Positions 22,925 through 35,800 of a stretch of 64,000 bases of DNA are shown here, piece after piece. The notes beneath the pieces were generated by a model, which made no database searches, had not been told where the DNA came from, and saw nothing but the letters and a program-made list of their open reading frames with translations. Location of the stretch: positions 75,392,001 through 75,456,000 of the forward strand of contig NC_090333.1 of the NCBI RefSeq assembly GCF_035084215.1, given 5' to 3'. This DNA comes from Heptranchias perlo (Eukaryota). Within the stretch, counting starts at the first letter, position 1. Each line of letters opens with the position of its first letter. A program made the position numbers and the translations under genes.

Positions 22925-25873
22925 GGACGGACCACCCGGCATCGGACCACTAGGCACCGGACACGACAACGGCAAAACACCAAGCCCAGTTGACCCTGCA
23001 AGGTCCTCCTCACTAACATCTGGGGACTTGTGCCAAAATTGGGAGAGCTGTCCCACAGACTAGTCAAGCAACAGCCTGACACGGCCATACTCACAGAATC
23101 ATACCTTTCAGCCAAAGTCCCGGACTCTTCCATCACCATCCCTGGGTATGTCCTGTCCCACCGGCAGGACAGACCCACCAGAGGTGGCAGTACAGTGATA
23201 TACAGTCAGGAGGGAGTGGCCCTGGGAGTCCTCAACATAGACTCTGGACCCCATGAAATCTCATGGCATCAGGTCAAACATGGGCAAGGAAACTTCCTGC
23301 TGATTACCACCTACCGCCCTCCCTCAGCTGATGAATCAGTCCTCCTCCATGTTGAACACCACTTGGAGGAAGCACTGAGGGTAGCAAGGGCACAAAATGT
23401 ACTCTGGGTGGGGGACTTCAATGTCCATCACCAAAAGTGGCTCGGTAGCACCACTTCTGACCCAGCTGGCCGAGTCCTGAAGGACATAGCTGCTAGACTG
23501 GGCCTGCGGCAGGTGGTGAGCGAACCAACACAAGGGAAAAACTTACTTGACCTCGTCCTCACCAACCTACCTGTTGCAAATGCATCTGTCCATGACAGTA
23601 TTGGTAGGAGTGACCACCGCACAGTCCTCGTGGAGATGAAGTCCCGTCTTCGCACTGAGGATACCATCCAACATGTTGTGTGGCACTACCACCGTGCTAA
23701 ATGGGATAGATTCAGAACAGATCTAGTAGCTCAAAACTGGGCATCCATGAGGTGCTGTGGGCCATCAGCAGCAGCAGAATTGTATTCCAGCACAATCTGT
23801 AACCCCATGGCCCGGCATATTCCTCACTCTACCATTACCAATAAGCCAGGGGATCATCCGTGGTTCAATGAGGAGTGTAGAAGAGCATGCCAGGAGCAGC
23901 ACCAGGCGTACATAAAAATGAGGTGCCAACCTGGTGAAGCTACAACTCAGGACTACATGCATGCTAAACAGCGGATGCAACATGCTATAGACAGAGCTAA
24001 GCGATTCCACAACCAACGGATCAGATCAAAGCTCTGCATTCCTGCCACATCCAGTCGTGAATGGTGGTGGACAATTAAACAACTAACGGGAGGAGGAGGC
24101 TCTGTAAACATCCCCATCCTCAATGATGGCGGAGTCCAGCACGTGAGTGCAAAAGACAAGGCTGAAGTGTTTGCAACCATCTTCAGCCAGAAGTGCCGAG
24201 TGGATGATCCATCTCGGCCTCCTCCCGATATCCCCACCATCACGGAAGCCAGTCTTCGGCCAATTTGATTCACTCCACGTGATATCAAGAAACGGCTGAG
24301 TGCACTGGATACAGCAAAGGCTATGGGCCCCGACAACATCCCAGCTGTAGTGCTGAAGACTTGTGCTCCAGAACTAGCTGCGCCTCGAGCCAAGCTGTTC
24401 CAGTACAGCTACAACACTGGCATCTACCCGACAATGTGGAAAATTGCCCAGGTATGTCCTGTCCACAAAAAGCAGGATAAATCCAATCTGGCCAATTACC
24501 GCCCCATCAGTCTACGCTCAATCATCAGCAAAGTGATGGAAGGTGTCGTCGACAGTGCTATCAAGCGGCACTTACTCACCAATAACCTGCTCACCGATGC
24601 TGAGTTTGCGATCTGCCAGGACCACTCGGCTCCAGACCTCATTATAGCCTTGGTCCAAACATGGACAAAAGAGCTGTATTCCAGAGGTGAGGTGAGAGTG
24701 ACTGCCCTTGACATCAAGGCAGCATTTGACCGAGTGTGGCACCAAGGAGCCCTAGTAAAATTGAAGTCAATGGGAATCAGGGGGAAAACTCTCCAGTGGC
24801 TGGAGTCATACCTAGCACAAAGGAAGATGGTAGTGGTTGTTGGAGGCCAATCATCTCAGCCCCAGGACATTGCTGCAGGAGTTCCTCAGGGCAGTGTCCT
24901 AGGCCCAACCATCTTCAGCTGCTTCATCAATGACCTTCCCTCCATCATAAGGTCAGAAATGGGGATGTTCGCTGATGACTGCACAGTGTTCAGTTCCATT
25001 CGCAACCCCTCAGATAATGAAGCAGTCCGAGCCCGCATGCAGCAAGACCTGGACAACATCCAGGCTTGGGCTCATAAGTGGCAAGTAACATTCGCGCCAG
25101 ATAAGTGCCAGGCAATGACCATCTCCAACAAGAGAGAGTCTAACCACCTCCCCTTGACATTCAACGGCATTACCATCGCCGAATCCCCCACCATCAACAT
25201 CCTGGGGTTCACCATTGACCAGAAACTTAACTGGACCAGCCATATAAATACTGTGGCTACGAGAGCAGGTCAGAGGCTGGGTATTCTGTGGCGAGTGACT
25301 CACCTCCTGACTCCCCAAAGCCTTTCCACCATCTACAAGGCACAAGTCAGGAGTGTGATGGAATACTCTCCACTTGCTTGGATGAGTGCAGATCCAACGA
25401 CACTCAAGAAGCTCAACACCATCCAAGATAAAGCAGCCCGCTTGATTGGCACCCCATCCACCACCCTAAACATTCACTCCCTTCACCACCGGCGCACTGT
25501 GGCTGCAGTGTGTACCATCCACAGGATGCACTGCAGCAACTCGCCAAGGCTTCTTCGACAGCACCTCCCAAACCCGCGACCTCTACCATCTAGAACGACA
25601 AGAGCAGCAGGCACATGGGAACAACACCACCTGCACGTTCCCCTCCAAGTCACACACCATCCCGACTTGGAAATGTATCGCCGTTCCTTCATTGTTGCTG
25701 GGTCAAAATCCTGGAACTCCCTTCCTAACAGCACTGTGGGAGAACCTTCACCACATGGACTGCAGCGGTTCAAGAAGGCGGCTCACCACCACCTTCTCGA
25801 GGGCAATTAGGGATGGGCAATAAATGCTGGCCTCGCCAGCGATGCCCACATCCTGTGAACGAATTTTTTAAAA
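22925..25873 (+). mobile_element. CR1/L2-group LINE with near-intact ORF2 (EN+RT), 5'-truncated
   Basis: ORFs 23030-24268 (EN: ILTES, GDFN, SDH) and 24323-25810 (RT: GVPQGSVLGP, FADD) are in the same frame, separated by one TGA at 24266-24268. 3' UTR gggatgggcaataaatgctggcc... with a short A tail. Probable 4-bp TSD AGCC at 22921-22924 and 25874-25877. Confidence 0.96.
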
Positions 25874-26139
25874 AGCCAATTTGCCCACAGCAAGGTCCCA
25901 CAAACAGCAATGTGATAATGATCAGATAATCTGTTTTAGTGATGTTGTTTGAAGGATAAATATTGGCCAGGACACCGGGGAGAACTCCCCTGCTCTTCTC
26001 CAAAATAATACCATAGGATCTTTTTTGTCCACCTGAAATGGCAGAGGAGGCCTTGGTTTAATATCTCATTCGAAGGACGGCACCTCAGCAGTGCAGCACT
26101 CCCTCAGTACTGCACAGGAGTGTCGGCTTAGCTTTTGTG
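25874..26139 (-). mobile_element. DeuSINE-like SINE, central part (continuation across the LINE); tRNA head missing
   Basis: agccaatttg.cacagcaag...aaatattggccaggacaccggggagaactcccctgctcttct...gcagcactccctcag is collinear with ~52470-52735. Confidence 0.88.
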
Positions 26140-26429
26140 ATGATCACCCATCAGAATTTCTAAACAGTTGTTCAAATGATGTATTTCAGAGGGAAAGTGG
26201 ATGGATAAACTTACTTGAATGGGAATGTTGCCAGTGCAGAATTCATAGCATTCACCCCTTTATCCTGAAAACATGAATGGAATGAGAGTGGACCAAGGAC
26301 TCCATTCATTATTTTGTAGGCTAGTTTGGAAACATTTGCTTCAAGGGTTTTTTCCTTAAATCTTCACAGCAGATATAAAGAGCGTGTCCCATAGGCGTTG
26401 TGCTTCTAAAAATGGCACTGACGGTTAAA

Positions 26430-26720
26430 GTGGTAAAGTGGGTTAGCACTCACCTTTGGGACCTAGATTCAAAACCAGCCCAGACTGTCAGGATGAAACT
26501 CCCCTCTCTCTGTTAGCTCTAAAGATCCCATGTGAAATGAGTTTCGACAGCCTCAACCCAGTTACTGGCGTCCATAATACAAACTGCCACAGTTTGGCAC
26601 TTAATTCACCATCTCACTTAGAAAGGTCACAAGAATATCACGCTGGTGCAGTCAAGGCTGCGGTCTGAGGTTGCAGGTGAGGTTAAGGCACATTGCTGGG
26701 GAACACAGATCTAGCTACAT
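26430..26720 (+). mobile_element. Ancient LF-SINE-like tRNA-derived SINE relic
   Basis: B-box-like GATTCAAAACC, then atgtgaaatgagtt..., ttggcacttaatt and caggtgaggttaaggcacattgctgggg, in the order I recall for the LF-SINE consensus. Recognised from memory only; boundaries approximate. Confidence 0.55.
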
Positions 26721-26975
26721 AGAGCAGATAAATAGGTCCTGCAGGCTGACATAACGTGACTGTTCTAATTATCACTATCTTCAAATAACCTGAAGGGCAT
26801 CATCCTCCTCATTCTGGTTTGGGTTCAGTCTGGCACATGAAGAGAGCCTGCCTAAGTTGGCACTGGAGTCGAGTCAGGTCGAGCAGGGTACAGCAGAGCA
26901 TTGCGCAGTAGATATCCTGCAACTTCCTGATCTGGGACTGCTTGATGCTGACACTGGAATGGTGACAAAACATAG

Positions 26976-27508
26976 GTTTTGAAAGTTACTATTGAATCTG
27001 CTTCCACCTCACTTTCAGGCAGTGCATTCCAGATCATAACAACTCGCTGCGTAAAATATTTCACCTCATCTCACCTCTGGCTCTTTTGCCAAATACCTTA
27101 AATCTGTGTCCTTTGGTTACTGATCCTTCTACCACTGGAAACAGTTTCTCCTTATTTACTCCATCAAAACCCTTCATAATTTTGAACAACTCTAATAAAT
27201 CTCCCCTTAACCTTCTCTGTTCTCAGGAGAACAACCTCAGCTTCTCTAGTTTCTCCACATAACTGAAGTCCCTCATCCCTGGTACCATTCTAGTAAATCT
27301 CCTCTGCACCCTAAGGCCTTGACATCCTTCCTAAAATGCTCAGAATTAGACACAATACTCCAGCTGGAGCCTAACCAGTGATTTATAAAGGGTTAGCATA
27401 ACTTCCTTGCTTTTTGTACTCTATGCCTGTTTATAAAGCCAAGGATCCTGTATGCTTTTTTAACAGCCTTCTCAACTTGTCCAGCCACCTTCAATGATTT
27501 GTGTATGA
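26976..27508 (-). mobile_element. Degenerate CR1 ORF2 C-terminal fragment
   Basis: Minus strand reads FTQRVVMIWNALPESEVEADSIVTFK. Upstream pieces match the KAY.ILGFI, Y..LVR.QLEYCV and ALGC.RRFTRM-type CR1 segments, with frameshifts. Confidence 0.85.
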
Positions 27509-28728
27509 AGCTTCAACAGAAGCTTCTGTTTTACGGTCTTTGTTTACAGAGAAAATGAGTCGCATCTTTTTTATTTTAAGTATCGAAGAGAATAGTAGTG
27601 TGTCTGATTCACTATTCCATACTGTTCACTGTTCATTTACCGATCTTATTTAAATCTGCTGGATTAGAGCCAGAGTCTCAGTCAGATAGAACATTTATTC
27701 AATCTGTTTTGAATGGAGAAAAATCATGTGTCGGCATGTGATATAGTCCAATAGCCGGTGTATAGAGCAGGGTTCGCTGTAGTGATCCCTGAGTCTAACT
27801 GGTTTACCAGGCTATTGGGCAGAGAAAGCTACACTCCAAATCATAGGGGGTGTTAGGTTTGTTTAAGGGAATGGCCGAACCCAAGGAATTGGTAGCGTAA
27901 ATGCCCAGAACCGTGACAGGATTATTGGAATGGAATATCCATTTCCCAGCACAAACAAACCCTTTCATGGATGAGCACAGAAATTCACACAATAAAGTGC
28001 CCCTGACCTTTCTCACCAGGCCAGCAATACCCAACGATCACCAATCAGATCCAACCTGTTTTTATTTAAATCATACTGGGCCCACCTTACTCCCCACTGA
28101 AAATATTTTAAGAACCCTCGCGTGGACCGTTCTCTTTCGTGTGCATGGACTATAATCAATAAGCAATCGAAAGCAGATGAAGAGTAAACCAGCAGTCTCC
28201 TCTCACATTCCCGGACCTGTTCATTCTTCGTCCATTTAACACTGTACAACACCTGTGAACAGGCACATGGACATTGGACAGATCCAAAGTGAGAATTTCA
28301 CATCAACAACATTTCGCAGCCCAAACAAACATTGTTAAAGCGCCAAGCTGTGCCCATCACATGGGCTGTAACAGGACAGCAAGCAGCATTAATGGAGTCT
28401 TCCCTCCTCACCTCTCTTTCCTCCCCTCTTCCCTCCTCGCCTCTCTTCCCTCCTCTCTTGCCATTTTCACCTGGCTGTGGAATTTGCAAGAGAGAGAAAC
28501 CAAGAGACAGGTTTAGAGGCAACAGTGCGCACACATTCCAAGAACCAAATAGCTTCCATTAAATCGACAGGGCCTCTGATTTTAATGGAGAGTGCGCATT
28601 GCCAGCTCATGGTTCTGGGATAGTCCCACTTCAGTGCTGTTCCCTTGTTTTCTCCCACCTTCCAGAGGTGGGACAACAGGAGATGGAGATCAGGCACTAT
28701 CCTCCCGCTGAAAGTGTGGGGGGGAAAT

Positions 28729-31700
28729 CAAGTAACAATGTAATGTGAACCCAGGCCGTGTACATCACATTCCAGCAAGTAACAATGTAACATGAACCCA
28801 GGCCGTGTACATCACACTCCAGCAAGTAACAATGTAACGTGAACCCAGGCCGTGTACATCACATTCCAGCAAGTAACAATGTAACATGAACCCAGGCCGT
28901 GTACATCACACTCCAGCAAGTAACAATGTAACGTGAACCCAGGCTGTGTACATCACACTCCAGCAAGTAACAATGTAACATGAACCCAGGCCGTGTACAT
29001 CACACTCCAGCAAGTAACAATGTAACATGAACCCAGACCGTGTACATCACATTCCAGCAAGTAACAATGTAACGTGAACCCAGGCCGTGTACATCACATT
29101 CCAGCAAATAACAATGTAACGTGAACCCAGGCCGTGTACATCACACTCCAGCAAGTAACAATGTAACGTGAACCCAGGCCGTGTACATCACACTCCAGCA
29201 AATAACAATGTAACATGAACCCAGGCCGTGTACATCACATTCCAGCAAATAACAATGTAACGTGAACCCAGGCCGTGTACATCACATTCCAGCAAATAAC
29301 AATGTAATGTGAACCCAGGCCGTGTACATCACACTCCAGCAAGTAACAATGTAACATGAACCCAGGCCGTGTACATCACATTCCAGCAAATAACAATGTA
29401 ACATGAACCCAGGCCGTGTACATCACATTCCAGCAAATAACAATGTAACATGAACCCAGGCCGTGTACATCACATTCCAGCAAATAACAATGTAATGTGA
29501 ACCCAGGCCGTGTACATCACACTCCAGCAAGTAACAATGTAACATGAACCCAGGCCGTGTACATCACATTCCAGCAAATAACAATGTAACGTGAACCCAG
29601 GCCGTGTACATCACATTCCAGCAAGTAACAATGTAACGTGAACCCAGGCCGTGTACATCACATTCCAGCAAGTAACAATGTAACATGAACCCAGACCGTG
29701 TACATCACACTCCAGCAAGTAACAATGTAACATGAACCCAGACCGTGTACATCACACTCCAGCAAGTAACAATGTAACATGAACCCAGACCGTGTACATC
29801 ACACTCCAGCAAGTAACAATGTGACGTGAACCCAGGCCGTGTACATCACACTCCAGCAAGTAACAATGTAACGTGAACCCAGGCCGTGTACATCACATTC
29901 CAGCAAATAACAATGTAACATGAACCCAGGCCGTGTACATCACACTCCAGCAAGTAACAATGTAACATGAACCCAGGCCGTGTACATCACACTCCAGCAA
30001 GTAACAATGTAACATGAACCCAGGCCGTGTACATCACACTCCAGCAAGTAACAATGTAACATGAACCCAGGCCGTATACATCACACTCCAGCAAGTAACA
30101 ATGTAACATGAACCCAGGCCGTGTACATCACACTCCAGCAAGTAACAATGTAACATGAACCCAGGCCGTGTACATCACATTCCAGCAAATAACAATGTAA
30201 CATGAACCCAGGCCGTGTACATCACACTCCAGCAAGTAACAATGTAACATGAACCCAGGCCGTGTACATCACATTCCAGCAAATAACAATGTAACATGAA
30301 CCCAGACCGTGTACATCACACTCCAGCAAGTAACAATGTAACATGAACCCAGACCGTGTACATCACACTCCAGCAAGTAACAATGTGACGTGAACCCAGG
30401 CCGTGTACATCACACTCCAGCAAGTAACAATGTAACGTGAACCCAGGCCGTGTACATCACATTCCAGCAAATAACAATGTAACATGAACCCAGACCGTGT
30501 ACATCACACTCCAGCAAATAGCAATGTAACGTGAACCCAGGCCGTGTACATCACACTCCAGCAAGTAACAATGTAACATGAACCCAGGCCGTGTACATCA
30601 CACTCCAGCAAGTAACAATGTAACGTGAAGCCAGGCCGTGTACATCACACTCCAGCAAGTAACAATGTAACATGAACCCAGGCCGTGTACATCACACTCC
30701 AGCAAGTAACAATGTAACATGAACCCAGACCGTGTACATCACACTCCAGCAAGTAACAATGTAACGTGAAGCCAGGCCGTGTACATCACACTCCAGCAAG
30801 TAACAATGTAACATGAACCCAGACCGTGTACATCACACTCCAGCAAGTAACAATGTAACATGAACCCAGACCGTGTACATCACACTCCAGCAAATAACAA
30901 TGTAACGTGAGCCCAGGCCGTGTACATCACACTCCAGCAAATAACAATGTAACGTGAACCCAGGCCGTGTACATCACACTCCAGCAAGTAACAATGTAAC
31001 GTGAACCCAGGCCGTGTACATCACACTCCAGCAAATAACAATGTAACGTGAACCCAGGCCGTGTACATCACACTCCAGCAAATAACAATGTAACATGAAC
31101 CCAGGCCGTGTACTTCACACTCCAGCAAGTAACAATGTAACATGAGCCCAGGCCGTGTACATCACATTCCAGCAAATAACAATGTAACATGAACCCAGGC
31201 CGTGTACATCACACTCCAGCAAGTAACAATGTAACGTGAACCCAGGCCGTGTACATCACACTCCAGCAAGTAACAATGTAACATGAACCCAGGCCGTGTA
31301 CATCACACTCCAGCAAGTAACAATGTAACGTGAACCCAGACCGTGTACATCACACTCCAGCAAATAACAATGTAACGTGAACCCAGGCCGTGTACATCAC
31401 ACTCCAGCAAGTAACAATGTAACGTGAACCCAGGCTGTGTACATCACACTCCAGCAAGTAACAATGTAACATGAACCCAGGCTGTGTACATCACATTCCA
31501 GCAAGTAACAATGTAACGTGAGCCCAGGCCGTGTACATCACACTCCAGCAAGTAACAATGTAACATGAACCCAGGCCGTGTACATCACATTCCAGCAAGT
31601 AACAATGTAACATGAACCCAGGCCGTGTACTTCACACTCCAGCAAGTAACAATGTAACGTGAACCCAGGCCGTGTACATCACACTCCAGCAAGTAACAAT

Positions 31701-32206
31701 GTAACATGAACCCAGACCGTGTACATCACACTCCAGCAAGTAACAATGTAACATGAACCCAGGCCGTGTACATCACACTCCAGCAAGTAACAATGTAACA
31801 TGAACCCAGACCGTGTACATCACACTCCAGCAAGTAACAATGTAACGTGAACCCAGACCGTGTACATCACACTCCAGCAAGTAACAATGTAACGTGAACC
31901 CAGGCCGTGTACATCACACTCCAGCAAATAGCAATGTACCGTGAACCCAGACCATGTACATCACACTCCAGCAAGTAACAATGTAACGTGAACCCAGACC
32001 GTGTACATCACACTCCAGCAAGTAACAATGTAACATGAACCCAGACCGTGTACATCACACTCCAGCAAGTAACAATGTAACATGAACCCAGGCCGTGTAC
32101 ATCACACTCCAGCAAGTAACAATGTAACATGAACCCAGACCGTGTACATCACACTCCAGCAAGTAACAATGTAACGTGAACCCAGGCCGTGTACATCACA
32201 CTCCAG
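28729..32206. repeat. 47-bp minisatellite array (~74 units)
   Basis: Unit CAAGTAACAATGTAACATGAACCCAGGCCGTGTACATCACACTCCAG, period 47 (28729 to 28776). The span of 3478 bp equals 74 x 47. Confidence 0.98.
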
Positions 32207-32837
32207 CTTGCCTGTTACTGTAAATATAAAAACACGTTTGGTTTCATTTTCATCCCATAGTGTGCAAACATTGGCTGTTAAGGCAAGTACAAAGTGCGTT
32301 GGAGTGTGTAGGTAAGACACTGGAATCTCAGTTGACCGTGGACTCTCTCCTACAGTCGATGCCTCGTCCTCCACCCTCTCTGTCCTGGGCCATTCAGTGC
32401 TGGACAATGTGCTGTGCGCTGCATACAAGACCAATTTGTTTTATGGATTCTGAGCGAACAGCAGATGGGACCAGACAGTCAGTGATAAATGTTATAGGGC
32501 AACCCAACAGAGAAACCTATTTTCTGCGAAGTGAGCTATAAATTACCAGTGACAGCTTGACTGTCTCGGTTTCTGATTAAAAAGCAGTTTGACAGGCAAG
32601 AGATGGAGAGGTGAACATCGTCCATTGAACAGTGTACACACACACATTCCAAGAACACGGTAATCTTTTACTGGGCTACGGTCAGGATTTTAGAAACTGG
32701 CAGGCAGGAGTGGCGGCAGAGAACCACAATGGCATCTACTGTGTATACCCCAATAAATATCAAAAGTTTATTATTTAAAATTTCCCATTTGTAAAATACA
32801 AAAAGAAAATCCCTTACCTCCAAAAATGCTTCAACCG

Positions 32838-35800
32838 TGGGGGTCAGAGACAGTGTGATAAGGAATGGGGGTCAGAGAGAGTGTGAGAAGGAATGGGGGT
32901 CAGAGAAAGTGTGAGAAGGAATGGGGACAGAGACAGTGTGAGAAGGAATGGGGGTCAGAGAGAGTGTGAGAAGGAAGGGGGGTCAGAGAGAGTGTGAGAA
33001 GGAATGGGGACAGAGACAGTGTGAGAAGGAATGGGGACAGAGACAGTGTGATAAGGAATGGGGGTCAGAGAGAGTGTGAGAAGGAATGGGGACAGAGACA
33101 GTGTGAGAAGGAATGGGGGTCAGAGAGAGTGTGAGAAGGAATGGGGGTCAGAGACAGTGTGAGAAGGAATGGGGGTCAGAGAGAGTGTGAGAAGGAATGG
33201 GGACAGAGACAGTGTGAGAAGGAATGGGGGTCAGAGACAGTGTGAGAAGGAATGGGGGTCAGAGACAGTGTGAGAAGGAATGGGGGTCAGAGACAGTGTG
33301 AGAAGGAATGGGGGTCAGAGACAGCGTGGGGGGAATGGGGGACAGAGACAGCGTGGGGGGAATGGGGGTCAGAGACAGTGTGAGAAGGAATGGGGGTCAG
33401 AGACAGTGTGAGAAGGAATGGGGACAGAGACAGTGTGAGAAGGAATAGGGGTCAGAGACAGCGTGGGGGGAATGGGGGTCAGAGACAGTGTGAGAAGGAA
33501 TGGGGGTCAGAGACAGTGTGAGAAGGAATGGGGGTCAGAGACAGCGTGGGGGGAATGGGGGTCAGAGACAGTGTGAGAAGGAATGGGGGTCAGAGACAGT
33601 GTGAGAAGGAATGGGGACAGAGACAGTGTGAGAAGGAATGGGGGTCAGAGACAGCGTGGGGGGAATGGGGGTCAGAGAGAGTGTGAGAAGGAATGGGGGT
33701 CAGAGACAGCGTGAGAAGGAATGGGGGTCAGAGACAGCGTGGGGGGAATGGGGTTCAGAGACAGTGTGAGAAGGAATGGGGGTCAGAGACAGTGTGAGAA
33801 GGAATGGGGGTCAGAGACAGCGTGAGAAGGAATGGGGGTCAGAGACAGCGTGGGGGGAATGGGGGTCAGAGACAGTGTGAGAAGGAATGGGGACAGAGAC
33901 AGCGTGAGAAGGAATGGGGGTCAGAGACAGCGTGGGGGGAATGGGGTTCAGAGACAGTGTGAGAAGGAATGGGGGTCAGAGACAGCGTGGGGGGAATGGG
34001 GGTCAGAGACAGTGTGAGAAGGAATGGGGGTCAGAGACAGTGTGAGAAGGAATGGGGGACAGAGACAGTGTGAGAAGGAATGGGGACAGAGACAGTGTGA
34101 GAAGGAATGGGGGTCAGAGACAGTGTGAGAAGGAATGGGGGTCAGAGACAGTGTGAGAAGGAATGGGGGACAGAGACAGTGTGATAAGGAATGGGGGTCA
34201 GAGACAGTGTGAGAAGGAATGGGGGTCAGAGACAGTGTGAGAAGGAATGGGGGTCAGAGACAGTGTGATAAGGAATGGGGACAGAGACAGTGTGAGAAGG
34301 AATGGGGGTCAGAGACAGTGTGAGAAGGAATGGGGGACAGAGACAGTGTGAGAAGGAATGGGGTCAGAGACAGTGTGAGAAGGAATGGGGGTCAGAGACA
34401 GTGTGAGAAGGAATGGGGGTCAGAGACAGTGTGAGAAGGAATGGGGGTCAGAGACAGTGTGAGAAGGAATGGGGGTCAGAGAGAGTGTGAGAAGGAATGG
34501 GGGTCAGAGACAGTGTGGGGGGAATGGGGGTCAGAGACAGTGTGAGAAGGAATGGGGGTCAGAGAGAGTGTGAGAAGGAATGGGGGTCAGAGACAGTGTG
34601 AGAAGGAATGGGGGTCAGAGACAGTGTGAGAAGGAATGGGGACAGAGACAGCGTGAGAAGGAATGGGGGTCAGAGACAGCGTGGGGGGAATGGGGGTCAG
34701 AGACAGCGTGGGGGGAATGGGGGTCAGAGACAGTGTGAGAAGGAATGGGGGTCAGAGAGAGTGTGAGAAGGAATGGGGACAGAGACAGTGTGAGAAGGAA
34801 TGGGGGTCAGAGACAGCGTGGGGGGAATGGGGGTCAGAGACAGTGTGAGAAGGAATGGGGACAGAGACAGTGTGAGAAGGAATGGGGGTCAGAGACAGCG
34901 TGGGGGGAATGGGGGTCAGAGACAGTGTGAGAAGGAATGGGGGTCAGAGACAGCGTGGGGGGAATGGGGGTCAGAGACAGTGTGAGAAGGAATGGGGGTC
35001 AGAGACAGTGTGAGAAGGAATGGGGACAGAGACAGTGTGAGAAGGAATGGGGGTCAGAGACAGCGTGGGGGGAATGGGGGTCAGAGAGAGTGTGAGAAGG
35101 AATGGGGGTCAGAGACAGCGTGAGAAGGAATGGGGGTCAGAGACAGCGTGGGGGGAATGGGGTTCAGAGACAGTGTGAGAAGGAATGGGGGTCAGAGACA
35201 GCGTGAGAAGGAATGGGGGTCAGAGACAGTGTGAGAAGGAATGGGGGTCAGAGACAGCGTGGGGGGAATGGGGGTCAGAGACAGTGTGAGAAGGAATGGG
35301 GACAGAGACAGCGTGAGAAGGAATGGGGGTCAGAGACAGCGTGGGGGGAATGGGGGTCAGAGACAGTGTGAGAAGGAATGGGGACAGAGACAGCGTGAGA
35401 AGGAATGGGGGTCAGAGACAGCGTGGGGGGAATGGGGGTCAGAGACAGCGTGGGGGAATGGGGGTCAGAGACAGTGTGAGAAGGAATGGGGGTCAGAGAG
35501 AGTGTGAGAAGGAATGGGGGTCAGAGACAGCGTGGGGGGAATGGGGGTCAGAGACAGTGTGAGAAGGAATGGGGACAGAGACAGTGTGAGAAGGAATGGG
35601 GACAGAGACAGTGTGAGAAGGAATGGGGGTCAGAGACAGCGTGGGGGGAATGGGGTTCAGAGACAGTGTGAGAAGGAATGGGGACAGAGACAGTGTGAGA
35701 AGGAATGGGGGTCAGAGACAGTGTGAGAAGGAATGGGGGTCAGAGACAGTGTGAGAAGGAATGGGGGTCAGAGACAGTGTGAGAAGGAATGGGGGTCAGA

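Noticed and set aside
1920-25773. Antisense and alternate-frame ORFs over the LINE copies (e.g. 1920-2351, 5955-6170, 23953-24393, 25010-25426)
   Set aside because: Shadow frames of retrotransposon ORF2.
28017-28055. Candidate minus-strand exon LDLIGDRWVLLA (and 27808-27828 FLCPIA)
   Set aside because: Splice sites are plausible, but the phase is incompatible with the neighbouring candidate exon, so it was left out of the chain.
5263-32206. 38-bp and 47-bp repeats as CRISPR arrays
   Set aside because: Units are head-to-tail with no unique spacers, there are no cas genes, and the context is eukaryotic retroelements.
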